The notes below the pieces were generated by a model. The model had not been told where the DNA came from and searched no databases. It was given only the letters and a program-made list of their open reading frames with translations. 64,000 nt of DNA. It comes from Candidatus Buchananbacteria bacterium (GTDB lineage Bacteria; Patescibacteriota; Patescibacteriia; 2-01-FULL-39-33). Position 1 is the first letter of the stretch, and each line of letters starts with the position of its first letter. The translations under genes were made by a program, and so were the position numbers. Location of the stretch: positions 6,226 to 70,225 of the forward strand of contig JBAYFY010000004.1 in NCBI GenBank assembly GCA_041666945.1, written 5' to 3'. Positions 36,934-45,831 of the stretch are shown piece by piece.

Positions 36934-38844
36934 ATGTCAAAAATCTTAGGAATTGATTTGGGCACGACCAATTCGTGCATGGCGGTCATTGAAGGCGGCC
37001 AGCCGAAAGTTTTAGAAAATAAAGAGGGAGCGCGCACCACGCCGTCAATTGTGGCGCAAAATAAGGCCGGCGAACGCCTGGTGGGCATTGCCGCCAAACG
37101 CCAGGCCGTTACCAATCCAGCCAACACCTTGTTTTCCATCAAGCGTCTAATGGGCCGCGCCTTTACCGATAGTGAAGTGCAAAGGGATATCACTCTCATG
37201 CCTTACAAAATCGTTAAGGCCGGCAATGGCGTCAAGATAGAAATGGCCGGCAAAGAATACAGCCCGCAGGAAATCTCGGCCATGGTTTTAACCAAACTCA
37301 AAGAAGACGCCGAGGCCAAACTGGGTGAAAAAATAACCGAAGCAGTCATCACCGTACCGGCTTATTTTGACGATTCCCAACGCCAGGCCACCAAGGACGC
37401 CGGTGAAATCGCCGGATTAAAAGTCCTGCGCATTATCAATGAACCGACCGCGGCCGCTTTGGCTTACGGCTTTGAAAAGAAAAAGGGCCAGCAAATCGCT
37501 GTTTATGATTTGGGCGGCGGCACTTTTGACATTTCCATTCTGGATGTTTCCGCCGACACCGTGGAAGTCAAATCCACTAACGGCGACACTCATTTGGGCG
37601 GCGATGATTTTGACTTGAAAATAATGAATTGGATTATTGATGAATTCAAAAAACAGGAGGGCATTGATTTGTCCAAAGATGTTACGGCCCTGCAACGTGT
37701 CAAAGAAGCGGCGGAAAAAGCCAAAATTGAACTTTCCACGCAGATGGAAACGGAAATCAATCAGCCCTTCATCACTATGGGCGCCGATAATTCTCCCAAG
37801 CACCTGAATATCCGCGTCAGCCGCTCGCAACTGGAATCGTTAGTCGGCGACTTAGTGGAACAAACCTTTGGGCCGGTCAAGAAAGCCCTGGCCGATGCCA
37901 ATATGTCAGCCAAAGACGTGGAAGAAATTGTGATGGTCGGCGGCATGACCCGTATGCCTTTGGTGCAAAAAAAAGTTGAGGAATTTTTCGGCAAGAAACC
38001 GAATATCTCCGTCAATCCTGACGAGGTTGTGGCTTTGGGCGCGGCCGTGCAGGCCGGCGTGCTGCAAGGCGATGTCAAAGACGTTTTGTTGCTTGATGTT
38101 ACCCCTTTGACTTTGGGCTTGGAGACCTTGGGCGGCGTCATGACGCCGTTAATTGACAGAAACACCACTATTCCGACTTCCAAAAGCCAGGTTTTCTCCA
38201 CCGCGGCCGATAACCAGCCGGGCGTGGAAATCCATGTGCTTCAGGGCGAACGTCCCATGGCCGCGGATAACAAAACTCTGGGCCGGTTTATGTTAGACGG
38301 CATCCCGCCGGCGCCGCGCGGCGTTCCGCAGATTGAAGTGACTTTTGACATTGACGCCAATGGCATCTTAAACGTCAAAGCGCAAGACAAAGCCACCAAC
38401 CGCGAACAAAAAATCACTATCACTGCTTCTTCCGCTTTATCCAAAGAAGACATTGAGAAAATGAAAAAAGACGCGGAACTGAACGCCGAGGCCGACAAAC
38501 AAAAGCGCGAATTGATTGACTTGAAAAATCAAGCCGAGTCGCTGATTTTCACCTGCGAAAAAACCTTAAAAGACGCGGGAGACAAAGTATCAGCTGAAGA
38601 TCGCAAGAATGTGATGGACAAAGTTGAAGATTTGAAAAAAGCCAAGGATGGCGCGGATAAGGATTTGATCAAGAAAAACTATGACGCCCTGTCCGAAACC
38701 ATCCAAAAAATCGGCGCCGCCATGTATCAGTCCGCCCCCGGTGGCAATCCTGCTCAAGCCGGAGGAGAAGCGCCCCCAGGCGCCGCCGGAACGGGAACTG
38801 CCGGCGAACCGGTTGAAGCGCAATATGAAGAGGTCAAAAAGTAA
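36934..38844 (+). CDS. dnaK: chaperone DnaK
   Basis: [38 protein letters not shown]. Confidence 0.99.
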   Translation: MSKILGIDLGTTNSCMAVIEGGQPKVLENKEGARTTPSIVAQNKAGERLVGIAAKRQAVTNPANTLFSIKRLMGRAFTDSEVQRDITLMPYKIVKAGNGVKIEMAGKEYSPQEISAMVLTKLKEDAEAKLGEKITEAVITVPAYFDDSQRQATKDAGEIAGLKVLRIINEPTAAALAYGFEKKKGQQIAVYDLGGGTFDISILDVSADTVEVKSTNGDTHLGGDDFDLKIMNWIIDEFKKQEGIDLSKDVTALQRVKEAAEKAKIELSTQMETEINQPFITMGADNSPKHLNIRVSRSQLESLVGDLVEQTFGPVKKALADANMSAKDVEEIVMVGGMTRMPLVQKKVEEFFGKKPNISVNPDEVVALGAAVQAGVLQGDVKDVLLLDVTPLTLGLETLGGVMTPLIDRNTTIPTSKSQVFSTAADNQPGVEIHVLQGERPMAADNKTLGRFMLDGIPPAPRGVPQIEVTFDIDANGILNVKAQDKATNREQKITITASSALSKEDIEKMKKDAELNAEADKQKRELIDLKNQAESLIFTCEKTLKDAGDKVSAEDRKNVMDKVEDLKKAKDGADKDLIKKNYDALSETIQKIGAAMYQSAPGGNPAQAGGEAPPGAAGTGTAGEPVEAQYEEVKK

Positions 38845-38968
38845 TAAGTAATGAGTAAAAATAACTAATAATTTTCTGACGTTAAGCTGTCGAAAATCTT
38901 CGACAGCTTTCGTGATGAAACTATTGAAAAATAAAACCCCGAACTTGTCGGGGTTTAAAGTGCTGATT

Positions 38969-39226
38969 TTAACCGGCGTCTTCCGGCTTATCTCCCTTCA
39001 CGGATTTCATCTGGCTGATTTGCTTCTTCAGCCAATTCATAAATTCTTCCAAGCTCTTTTCACTGTCATCAATGAAATAGGCCGGGATCACCAAAATATA
39101 GAGCAAGATTGCCAAAGGCCAACTTGACGTTAGCGCGCCGACTACAATACAACCGACCACCCGAGGAAAAAATATTCCGGTCAAAATAACCACCAGAACT
39201 CCAATGAACGTCAATACGGCTGCCAT
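38969..39226 (-). CDS. small membrane protein (85 aa), probable paralogue of 36579-36779
   Basis: SD AAGGAGGA before the ATG at 39226; promoter TTGACA-N17-TATCGT near 39312-39284. Confidence 0.75.
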   Translation of the reverse strand: MAAVLTFIGVLVVILTGIFFPRVVGCIVVGALTSSWPLAILLYILVIPAYFIDDSEKSLEEFMNWLKKQISQMKSVKGDKPEDAG

Positions 39227-39331
39227 GTTTCCTCCTTTTCGGCTTTCAGCCGATTTTGCAAAGAACCAAAGATTACGTAAGATACGATAGCGGTTTATAA
39301 ATAAATTGTCAATACAAATAAGTTTTAATCT

Positions 39332-40645
39332 ATGGGCCATGTTACCGCCAAAGAATACTTGGACTTGCAGAAGCGTTTGGACGAAAGCGTTCAGGGCGCT
39401 CCGCCGTCTGACGCCTTGTATCGCATTTTGGAATTAATCTTTACTAAAGAGGAAGCCGGATTGGCTTCGGTTTTGCCGCTTAAACTGTTCACTGCCAAGG
39501 AAGCGGCCAAGCGTTGGCGGATGACTGCCGAACAAGCCGAAAAAATATTAGGGGAACTGGCCGATAAAGGCGTGATTTTTGATTCTAAAAAAGGCGACGA
39601 GACGCTTTACTGCTTAGCGCCGACTATGGCCGGATTTTTTGAATTCTCCCTTATGCGCGAAGACGGGAAATTTGATCGCCAGGCCCTGTCTAAGGCCTTC
39701 TACGAGTATATCAACATTGAGGATGACTTTGTCAAACAGGTTTTAGGCATTAGTCCGGCCATTGCCCGGGTCTTTGTCCATGAAACAGCTCTGCCTCCGG
39801 AGAGTCACAAAGAGATTTTGAATTACGAACGGGCGTCAGCCGTCATTAAAACCGCCACTTGCATCACGGTCGGCGCTTGCTACTGCCGGCACAAAATGGA
39901 ACACCTGGGCAAGGCCTGCGATAATCCCCAAGATGTCTGTTTGACTTTCAATTCCTGCGCCGAGAACCTGTCCAAGCGCGGCATCGCCAAAAAAATCTCC
40001 ACCGAAGAAGGCCTGGCCATCTTAGACAAATGCATCAATCTGGGTCTGGTGCAAATCGGCGATAATATCCAAGCCGGTGTCAGTTTCATCTGCAATTGCT
40101 GCGGCTGTTGCTGCGAGGCCATTCTGGCCGCCAAACGCTTGGGCAATTATGAGGATTTCCGCAGCAACTACTTGGCCGTCAATGATGAATCGCGTTGCGG
40201 CGGCATTTGCGGCGCTTGCGCCAAACATTGTCCGTTTGAGGCCATAACCTTAGTCAAAAACGGCGATAAAAAAGTGGCTAAAATTGATCCGGCCAAGTGC
40301 GTGGGTTGCGGCGTCTGTACCAGATTCTGCCCCAGCAAGAGTATCTCGCTCAAACGGCGCGATAATCTGAAGTATGTGCCGTTTAACACAGTGGAGCGAG
40401 TCGTGGTTTCGGCCATTGAGGAAGGCAAGCTGCAGAATTATATTTTTGATAACGCCACTTTATGGACTCACAGGTCTTTGCGCAAGTTTTTATCGGTATT
40501 GTTTTCTTTGCCGCCGGCCAAGCGCGCCCTGGCCAGCCGCCAGTTGCAATCAAGATTCTTTAAAGCGGTAAATAAGAAAGCGATGAAGGAAGCTTATAAA
40601 AAACTCTACCGAGAGGGTGGGCGGTTTGCTGTTATAGAAAAATAA
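39332..40645 (+). CDS. multi-[4Fe-4S] protein with N-terminal HTH-like region and ferredoxin domain
   Basis: CYCRH, ICNCCGCCC, CGGICGACAKHCP, CVGCGVCTRFCP. Confidence 0.85.
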   Translation: MGHVTAKEYLDLQKRLDESVQGAPPSDALYRILELIFTKEEAGLASVLPLKLFTAKEAAKRWRMTAEQAEKILGELADKGVIFDSKKGDETLYCLAPTMAGFFEFSLMREDGKFDRQALSKAFYEYINIEDDFVKQVLGISPAIARVFVHETALPPESHKEILNYERASAVIKTATCITVGACYCRHKMEHLGKACDNPQDVCLTFNSCAENLSKRGIAKKISTEEGLAILDKCINLGLVQIGDNIQAGVSFICNCCGCCCEAILAAKRLGNYEDFRSNYLAVNDESRCGGICGACAKHCPFEAITLVKNGDKKVAKIDPAKCVGCGVCTRFCPSKSISLKRRDNLKYVPFNTVERVVVSAIEEGKLQNYIFDNATLWTHRSLRKFLSVLFSLPPAKRALASRQLQSRFFKAVNKKAMKEAYKKLYREGGRFAVIEK

Positions 40646-40689
40646 TAAATACCTCGCCTTGGTTAATCTCAAGACGAGGTAAAAAATGA

Positions 40690-40980
40690 CTATTTCTGTA
40701 GTAGTTGTAAACAGTCAAGGGGCAAAAATATGGATGATTTTTCCCAATCCCACTGTGTTTTTGGATCCGTAGGATCCACTGTAGATACACGAATTCCACT
40801 TGTCAAGCAGTGCCCAAAACCCGAGATTATTATCGGCCTTACAACACCGAAATCAATATTATCATTATGAACACAAGCATAAAAAATCGTACCTGACGGA
40901 ATCAACCTATCTTCAATATGGATATCTCTAATGGTTTGAAGTTTTCTTCCCTCACAAATTATGGATATTTTACTTGGCAT
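40690..40980 (-). CDS. hypothetical 96-aa protein, antisense within the heat-shock cluster
   Basis: SD GAAGGAGGA; promoter TTGACA-N17-TAAAAT near 41076-41048; terminator hairpin at 40650-40681. Confidence 0.7.
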   Translation of the reverse strand: MPSKISIICEGRKLQTIRDIHIEDRLIPSGTIFYACVHNDNIDFGVVRPIIISGFGHCLTSGIRVSTVDPTDPKTQWDWEKSSIFLPLDCLQLLQK

Positions 40981-41080
40981 GATTCTATCCTCCTTCGGTT
41001 TCGATTAGTAAACTTTATCTAAAGTGCTGAAATTACTTTAATAAATTATTTTAGCAAAACTAAACAATTTTGTCAAATAT

Positions 41081-41365
41081 ATGGAAAAACAAAACCAACC
41101 GTTGGAAATCAAGATCGCCGACAACTCCGCCGGCGGAGAATACGCCAATGCCATGCAAGTCGTGCACAGCAAAGACGAATTCATCCTGACTTTCCTAAAT
41201 ATCATTCCGCCCAGCGGCCGCGTCTGCGCCAAAATTATCAGCAGCCCCGGCCATTGCAAACGCATGATTGCCGCTTTAAACGATAACTTAAAAAAATACG
41301 AAGAAAAATTCGGCGCTATCGCCGAAGCGGAAAGCCCCAAAGAAGAAATCGGCTTTAAGGCCTAA
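41081..41365 (+). CDS. DUF3467-family protein
   Basis: GGEYAN...HSKDEF.L.F, II.SP.HCKRM..AL..NL.KYE..FG.I. Confidence 0.85.
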   Translation: MEKQNQPLEIKIADNSAGGEYANAMQVVHSKDEFILTFLNIIPPSGRVCAKIISSPGHCKRMIAALNDNLKKYEEKFGAIAEAESPKEEIGFKA

Positions 41366-41380
41366 CACTAAACAAACACC

Positions 41381-42472
41381 ATGGCACAAGATTATTATAA
41401 AACTTTAGGAGTTAACAAGTCCGCTTCAGCAGACGAGATTAAGCGCGCCTTCCGCAAGCTGGCGCACGAATACCATCCGGACAAAAAAACCGGCAACGCG
41501 GAAAAATTCAAAGAAATAAACGAGGCCTATCAAACGCTGGGCAATGAAGACAAACGCCGGCAATACGACCAATTCGGCCAAACTTTTCCCGGCGGCGGCA
41601 GGCCGGGCGGCGGTTATTACGGCGGCAATCCTTTCGGCCAGGGCTTTGGCGGTTTTAACCAAGGCAATGTTAATTTTGATTTCGGCGATGCGGGTGATTT
41701 AGGCGATATCTTCGGCAGTTTTTTCGGCGGCGCGGCTGGCGGCCGCCAAACTCCCCGACGCGGCGCCGATCTGCAAACCGAATTGACGATTGATTTTAAG
41801 GAGGCCGTCTTTGGCGCGGAGAAAACCATTGAACTCAACAAACAGATCATCTGCGACATCTGCGGCGGCAGCGGCGCCGAACCCGGCAGTAAAATCAACA
41901 CTTGCAAAACCTGCAACGGCCGCGGCCGCGTCGTCAGGGCGCAACAAACTTTCTTGGGCACCATCCAAACTGAAGCGGTTTGCCCCCAGTGCCAAGGAGC
42001 CGGCCAAATGCCGGAAAACAAATGCCATAAGTGCCACGGCAACGGCCATGTCAGGGGCAGTGAAAAAATAAAAATAACTATTCCTGCCGGCATTGACAAC
42101 GGCCAGTCCCTGCGTTTGTCCGGCAAAGGCGAAGCCGGAGAAAAAGGCCGGTCCGGCGACTTGCTCGTCCGCATTCGCGTCCGCTCCCATGCCAAATTCC
42201 GCCGCGACGGCTTTAATATTTACTCCGCCTATCATCTCTCCGTCAAGCAAGCCATCTTGGGCGACAAAGTGGAAATAGAAACCGTTGACGGCTCGGTTAA
42301 TTTAAAAATCCCCGAGGGCACGCAAAGCCAGACCAAATTCAAATTGCCGGGCAAAGGCGTAACCCATCTCAATGCCCGCGGCCGCGGCGATCAGATCGTT
42401 GAAGTGATAGTGGATATACCCAAAAATCTTTCCCGCGCCGACAAAAAATTATTGGAGCAAATAAAAATATAA
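41381..42472 (+). CDS. dnaJ: chaperone DnaJ
   Basis: J domain with HPD, G/F region, four CxxCxGxG repeats, C-terminal domain. Confidence 0.98.
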   Translation: MAQDYYKTLGVNKSASADEIKRAFRKLAHEYHPDKKTGNAEKFKEINEAYQTLGNEDKRRQYDQFGQTFPGGGRPGGGYYGGNPFGQGFGGFNQGNVNFDFGDAGDLGDIFGSFFGGAAGGRQTPRRGADLQTELTIDFKEAVFGAEKTIELNKQIICDICGGSGAEPGSKINTCKTCNGRGRVVRAQQTFLGTIQTEAVCPQCQGAGQMPENKCHKCHGNGHVRGSEKIKITIPAGIDNGQSLRLSGKGEAGEKGRSGDLLVRIRVRSHAKFRRDGFNIYSAYHLSVKQAILGDKVEIETVDGSVNLKIPEGTQSQTKFKLPGKGVTHLNARGRGDQIVEVIVDIPKNLSRADKKLLEQIKI

Positions 42473-42545
42473 AACGCTTCCGTCATCCTAAAATTCCGGG
42501 ATGGCAATCATAAGCCATAAGCTAAAAATAATTTTAATTGACCAT

Positions 42546-43115
42546 ATGCTCATTTACTTTCTTCTCGCCGTCTACATTATCTTCCTGTTGCTTTGCGTCA
42601 TTTTCAGCGTTTCCATTCTGATTGGCCTGATTATGACCGGTGGCGTGCCGTTTGTTTCCACCCCGCGCTATGATTTGGAAAAGATTTGCGAAGCGGCGGA
42701 ACTGAAACCGGGAGAAAAAATCTTTGATTTGGGCTGCGGCAAAGCCAATCTGCTGACGGTCGCCGCCAAAAAATTCGGCGCCGCAGGCACGGGTTACGAG
42801 CTGTCGCTCTGGCCCTACTTCTGGGGCAAATTGCGCGTCAAACTTTTACGCGCCGATGTTAAACTGAAGATGCAGGATTTCCTGAAAGCCGACTTGTCCC
42901 AAGCCGACGTGATTTTCTGCTACCTCTTTCCTGAAGTGATGGACAAATTGGAAAATAAATTCCAAAAAGAATTGCGTCCTGGCGCTCGCGTCGTTTCTTA
43001 CACTTTCAAGTTGCCCAACATCCAGCCGGCCAAGACGGTTTTAGGCCGAGAAAAGAAAAACTGGTTTGACCGCTGTTTAAGAACCAAGGGAATAATTTAT
43101 GTCTACCAATTCTAA
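42546..43115 (+). CDS. membrane-anchored class I SAM methyltransferase (FAM173/aKMT-like)
   Basis: TM helix, VPFVST, DLGCGKA, CYLFP, ELRPGARVVS.TF. Start moved to 42546. Confidence 0.8.
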   Translation: MLIYFLLAVYIIFLLLCVIFSVSILIGLIMTGGVPFVSTPRYDLEKICEAAELKPGEKIFDLGCGKANLLTVAAKKFGAAGTGYELSLWPYFWGKLRVKLLRADVKLKMQDFLKADLSQADVIFCYLFPEVMDKLENKFQKELRPGARVVSYTFKLPNIQPAKTVLGREKKNWFDRCLRTKGIIYVYQF

Positions 43116-43175
43116 TCATTGACATTTAACCGCCAAACGGTTAGAATAATTTAACCAAAAATTAATCAAAAACAC

Positions 43176-44468
43176 ATGATAGTTAATATCGCCAAACAAC
43201 CGAAATCGCAGGTGGAAATAGCCGTAGAATTGTCGCCGGCCGAACTTTTACCTTATCTGACCAAGGCGGCGGAAAAAATCGCCACGGACAAGCCGCTTGA
43301 GGGCTTTCGTCCCGGCAAGGCGCCTTATGATGTCGTCCTTAAAAAATACGGCGAGATGGCCATTCTGTCTGAAGCCGTTGATGATATAATTTCCAAAACT
43401 TACTATCAGGCGATCAAAGATAATAATCTGACTACTATCGGCCAGCCGCAAATCAACTTAGAAAAAATGGCGCCGGAAAATCCTTTCAGCTACAAAGCCA
43501 CGGTAGCGGTTTTGCCGCAGGTAAAAATCGGCGAGCTGGCAAAAATCAAACTCCAACGCAAGCCGATAGCGATCACCGACGAACAAATTCAAAAAGTTAT
43601 TGAAGAAATTCGCAAAATGCGCAGCCGGGAAGAAAAGACCGACAAGGCGGCGGAGAAAGGCGACCTGGCCAAAATTGATTTTGACGTTTTCCGCGATGGC
43701 GTGCCCATTGACCAGGGCAGCGCCAAAAATTACCCCTTGCTCCTGGGCGAGGATAAATTCATTCCCGGTTTTGAAGACCGGATCGTAGGGCTTAAAGCCG
43801 GTGAAGAAAAAGAATTCACTTTGGATTTTCCGGAAAAATATTTTGAGAAATCGCTGGCCGGAAAACCGGCGGAGTTCAAGATTAAAGTCAATGAAGTGGC
43901 CAAAATCATTCTGCCCGAAGCTAATGACGAGCTGGCCAAAACCGTTTCCGGCGGCAAATTCACCGCTTTGGAAGAACTGAAAATCAATATTAAGGAAAAT
44001 CTGCTGTTGGAAGAGCAAGCCAAGCAAGACCGCCGATTGGAAATTGAGTTGCTTGAGGAAGCGGTCAAATTGAGCGAATTCGGAGAATTGCCGGAAATCC
44101 TGGTTCACGAAGAAATCCATCGCATGTTGCATGAATTGGAAGACAGTTTGAGCCGCCAAGGCATGGATCTTGGCAATTACCTGCAGTCCCTCAAAAAAAC
44201 CGAGGAAGAGATGGAAAAAGAGATGGAACCGCAAGCGATTGTCAGGGTCAAAACCGCCATCTTATCGCGCGAAATCTACCAGCAGAACAAATTTGAAGTA
44301 ACGCCGGATGAAGTGGACAAGGAGATTGAGGAGCTGCTCAAAAATTATCCGCCCAACCCCGACGTGAAAAAACAATTGGAGAGCGAAACCTATCGCGATT
44401 ACCTTAAGAATTCCCTGGGCAACCGCAAGGTGATGGACTACTTAAAAAAATTAGTCATTAAGGATTAA
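43176..44468 (+). CDS. tig: trigger factor
   Basis: GFRPGKAP ribosome-binding motif, FIPGFED FKBP domain. Confidence 0.96.
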   Translation: MIVNIAKQPKSQVEIAVELSPAELLPYLTKAAEKIATDKPLEGFRPGKAPYDVVLKKYGEMAILSEAVDDIISKTYYQAIKDNNLTTIGQPQINLEKMAPENPFSYKATVAVLPQVKIGELAKIKLQRKPIAITDEQIQKVIEEIRKMRSREEKTDKAAEKGDLAKIDFDVFRDGVPIDQGSAKNYPLLLGEDKFIPGFEDRIVGLKAGEEKEFTLDFPEKYFEKSLAGKPAEFKIKVNEVAKIILPEANDELAKTVSGGKFTALEELKINIKENLLLEEQAKQDRRLEIELLEEAVKLSEFGELPEILVHEEIHRMLHELEDSLSRQGMDLGNYLQSLKKTEEEMEKEMEPQAIVRVKTAILSREIYQQNKFEVTPDEVDKEIEELLKNYPPNPDVKKQLESETYRDYLKNSLGNRKVMDYLKKLVIKD

Positions 44469-44473
44469 ATTTT

Positions 44474-44977
44474 ATGATTAACGCCATTAAAAAACGCCGG
44501 GCCGTACGCGAATATCTTAATGAACCGGTAAGCGACGACAAAATCCAAGAATTGTTAAACACCGTCGCTTGCGCGCCCTCGGCCAACGCCCTCTACCCCT
44601 GGGAACTGGTGATCGTCAAAGATCATGGCACCAAAGAGTTATTGTCTAAGGTCACACCCTGGGCCACTTTTGCCAAAGAGGCGGCGGTGATTATTGCGGT
44701 TGTCGGGCACAAAAACGAAAGTCCTGAATGGATTGAGGATTGTTCCATTGTCGCCGAACATTTATGGCTGGAAGCGACGGAGCAGGGTCTGGGCGCCTGT
44801 TGGATCCAAATACGCAATCAAGGCAATGCTGATGACAATGTCAAATCAATTTTGAATATTCCCAGTCAACACGGCATCTTATGCCTGATGGCTATCGGCG
44901 TGCCGGCTAAACCCTTGCCTGAACACGACTTGTCAATCATAAGCAAAAATAAATTCAAATACGAGAAATATAAGTAA
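44474..44977 (+). CDS. nitroreductase family protein
   Basis: IKKRRAVREY, APSA...PW, GLGACW. Confidence 0.9.
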   Translation: MINAIKKRRAVREYLNEPVSDDKIQELLNTVACAPSANALYPWELVIVKDHGTKELLSKVTPWATFAKEAAVIIAVVGHKNESPEWIEDCSIVAEHLWLEATEQGLGACWIQIRNQGNADDNVKSILNIPSQHGILCLMAIGVPAKPLPEHDLSIISKNKFKYEKYK

Positions 44978-45075
44978 AAAAACACCCCCGATTAATAAGC
45001 CGGGGGTATTTTTATGTAAAATTAGATTAATTTTATTCGGCGTAAGAAAGTTAATTAATGGCAGAGTCCAGCGGA

Positions 45076-45118
45076 TGTGGATAAGCATATTGACAAAACA
45101 ATGATCATGTGATATAAT
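45076..45118 (+). promoter_or_regulatory. DnaA box (TGTGGATAA) adjacent to a perfect sigma70 promoter TTGACA-N17-TATAAT
   Basis: Box at 45076-45084, -35 at 45090-45095, -10 at 45113-45118. Confidence 0.75.
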
Positions 45119-45186
45119 GAATTATTGGATTAGAATCTATTCTAAACCGTAAAAGTACCTGACAAACAAACGCGGAGGATAAAAAG

Positions 45187-45771
45187 ATGGCTTTTTTACT
45201 GTTATTGCTCGTACTGTTGATGGCGCTTGCAATGGTCGCGCTATTCTTGGGAACAATTTTCAGTGTCGCTTTATTTTTGATAGGAGTGACAATATTATTC
45301 ACTTGCGGAAGAGGGCGAATGTGCGGAGGAGGTCGAATAGACGGATTCTTATGGTACATGAAAAATTCAGTGATATCATTGGCCATTGCCTTAGTGGGAT
45401 TAATGGTAACTCAGGCGGGTGGCTGGATAATAAATAAACATCAGGAACACCTGCAAAAAACGCCTGAATACCAGGAGGCGATAAAGAAAAACGCGGAAGC
45501 GCTGGATCGGTTTTTTTCCCAAGAACCAATGGCGAGGGAGGAGATGTGGTGGATTGACCTGTCTGTCGCCTATCCCGACCGGTATTTGGTCTTTAGCCGC
45601 CTTAGGTTAAAGCCCTACCAAGAAACGATTAAAAAGTACCTCGGCCCCTGTCCCGATACTGACCGGGATTGGGAAAAATATTTCGACGAGAAGGTCTGGC
45701 CGGCGCTGCATAACAATATCAAAGTCGTGTACTGTCCGCAACCGCCCCCGGCCGCCGAAGCAGTTCCGTAA
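45187..45771 (+). CDS. hypothetical membrane protein
   Basis: Hydrophobic N-terminal segments, SD GGAGGA, terminator at 45794-45832. Confidence 0.75.
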   Translation: MAFLLLLLVLLMALAMVALFLGTIFSVALFLIGVTILFTCGRGRMCGGGRIDGFLWYMKNSVISLAIALVGLMVTQAGGWIINKHQEHLQKTPEYQEAIKKNAEALDRFFSQEPMAREEMWWIDLSVAYPDRYLVFSRLRLKPYQETIKKYLGPCPDTDRDWEKYFDEKVWPALHNNIKVVYCPQPPPAAEAVP

Positions 45772-45831
45772 TTCCCGTCTCATCGTACAAACACGCCCCG
45801 CCAGGTTCATCCTTGCGGGGCGTTTTATTTT

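Noticed and set aside
43458-44234. Long antisense ORFs (258 aa opposite tig; 248 and 228 aa opposite pyk; 214 aa opposite nusA; others opposite dnaK, dnaJ and ppsA)
   Set aside because: Shadow frames of well-supported genes, with no motifs or translation signals.
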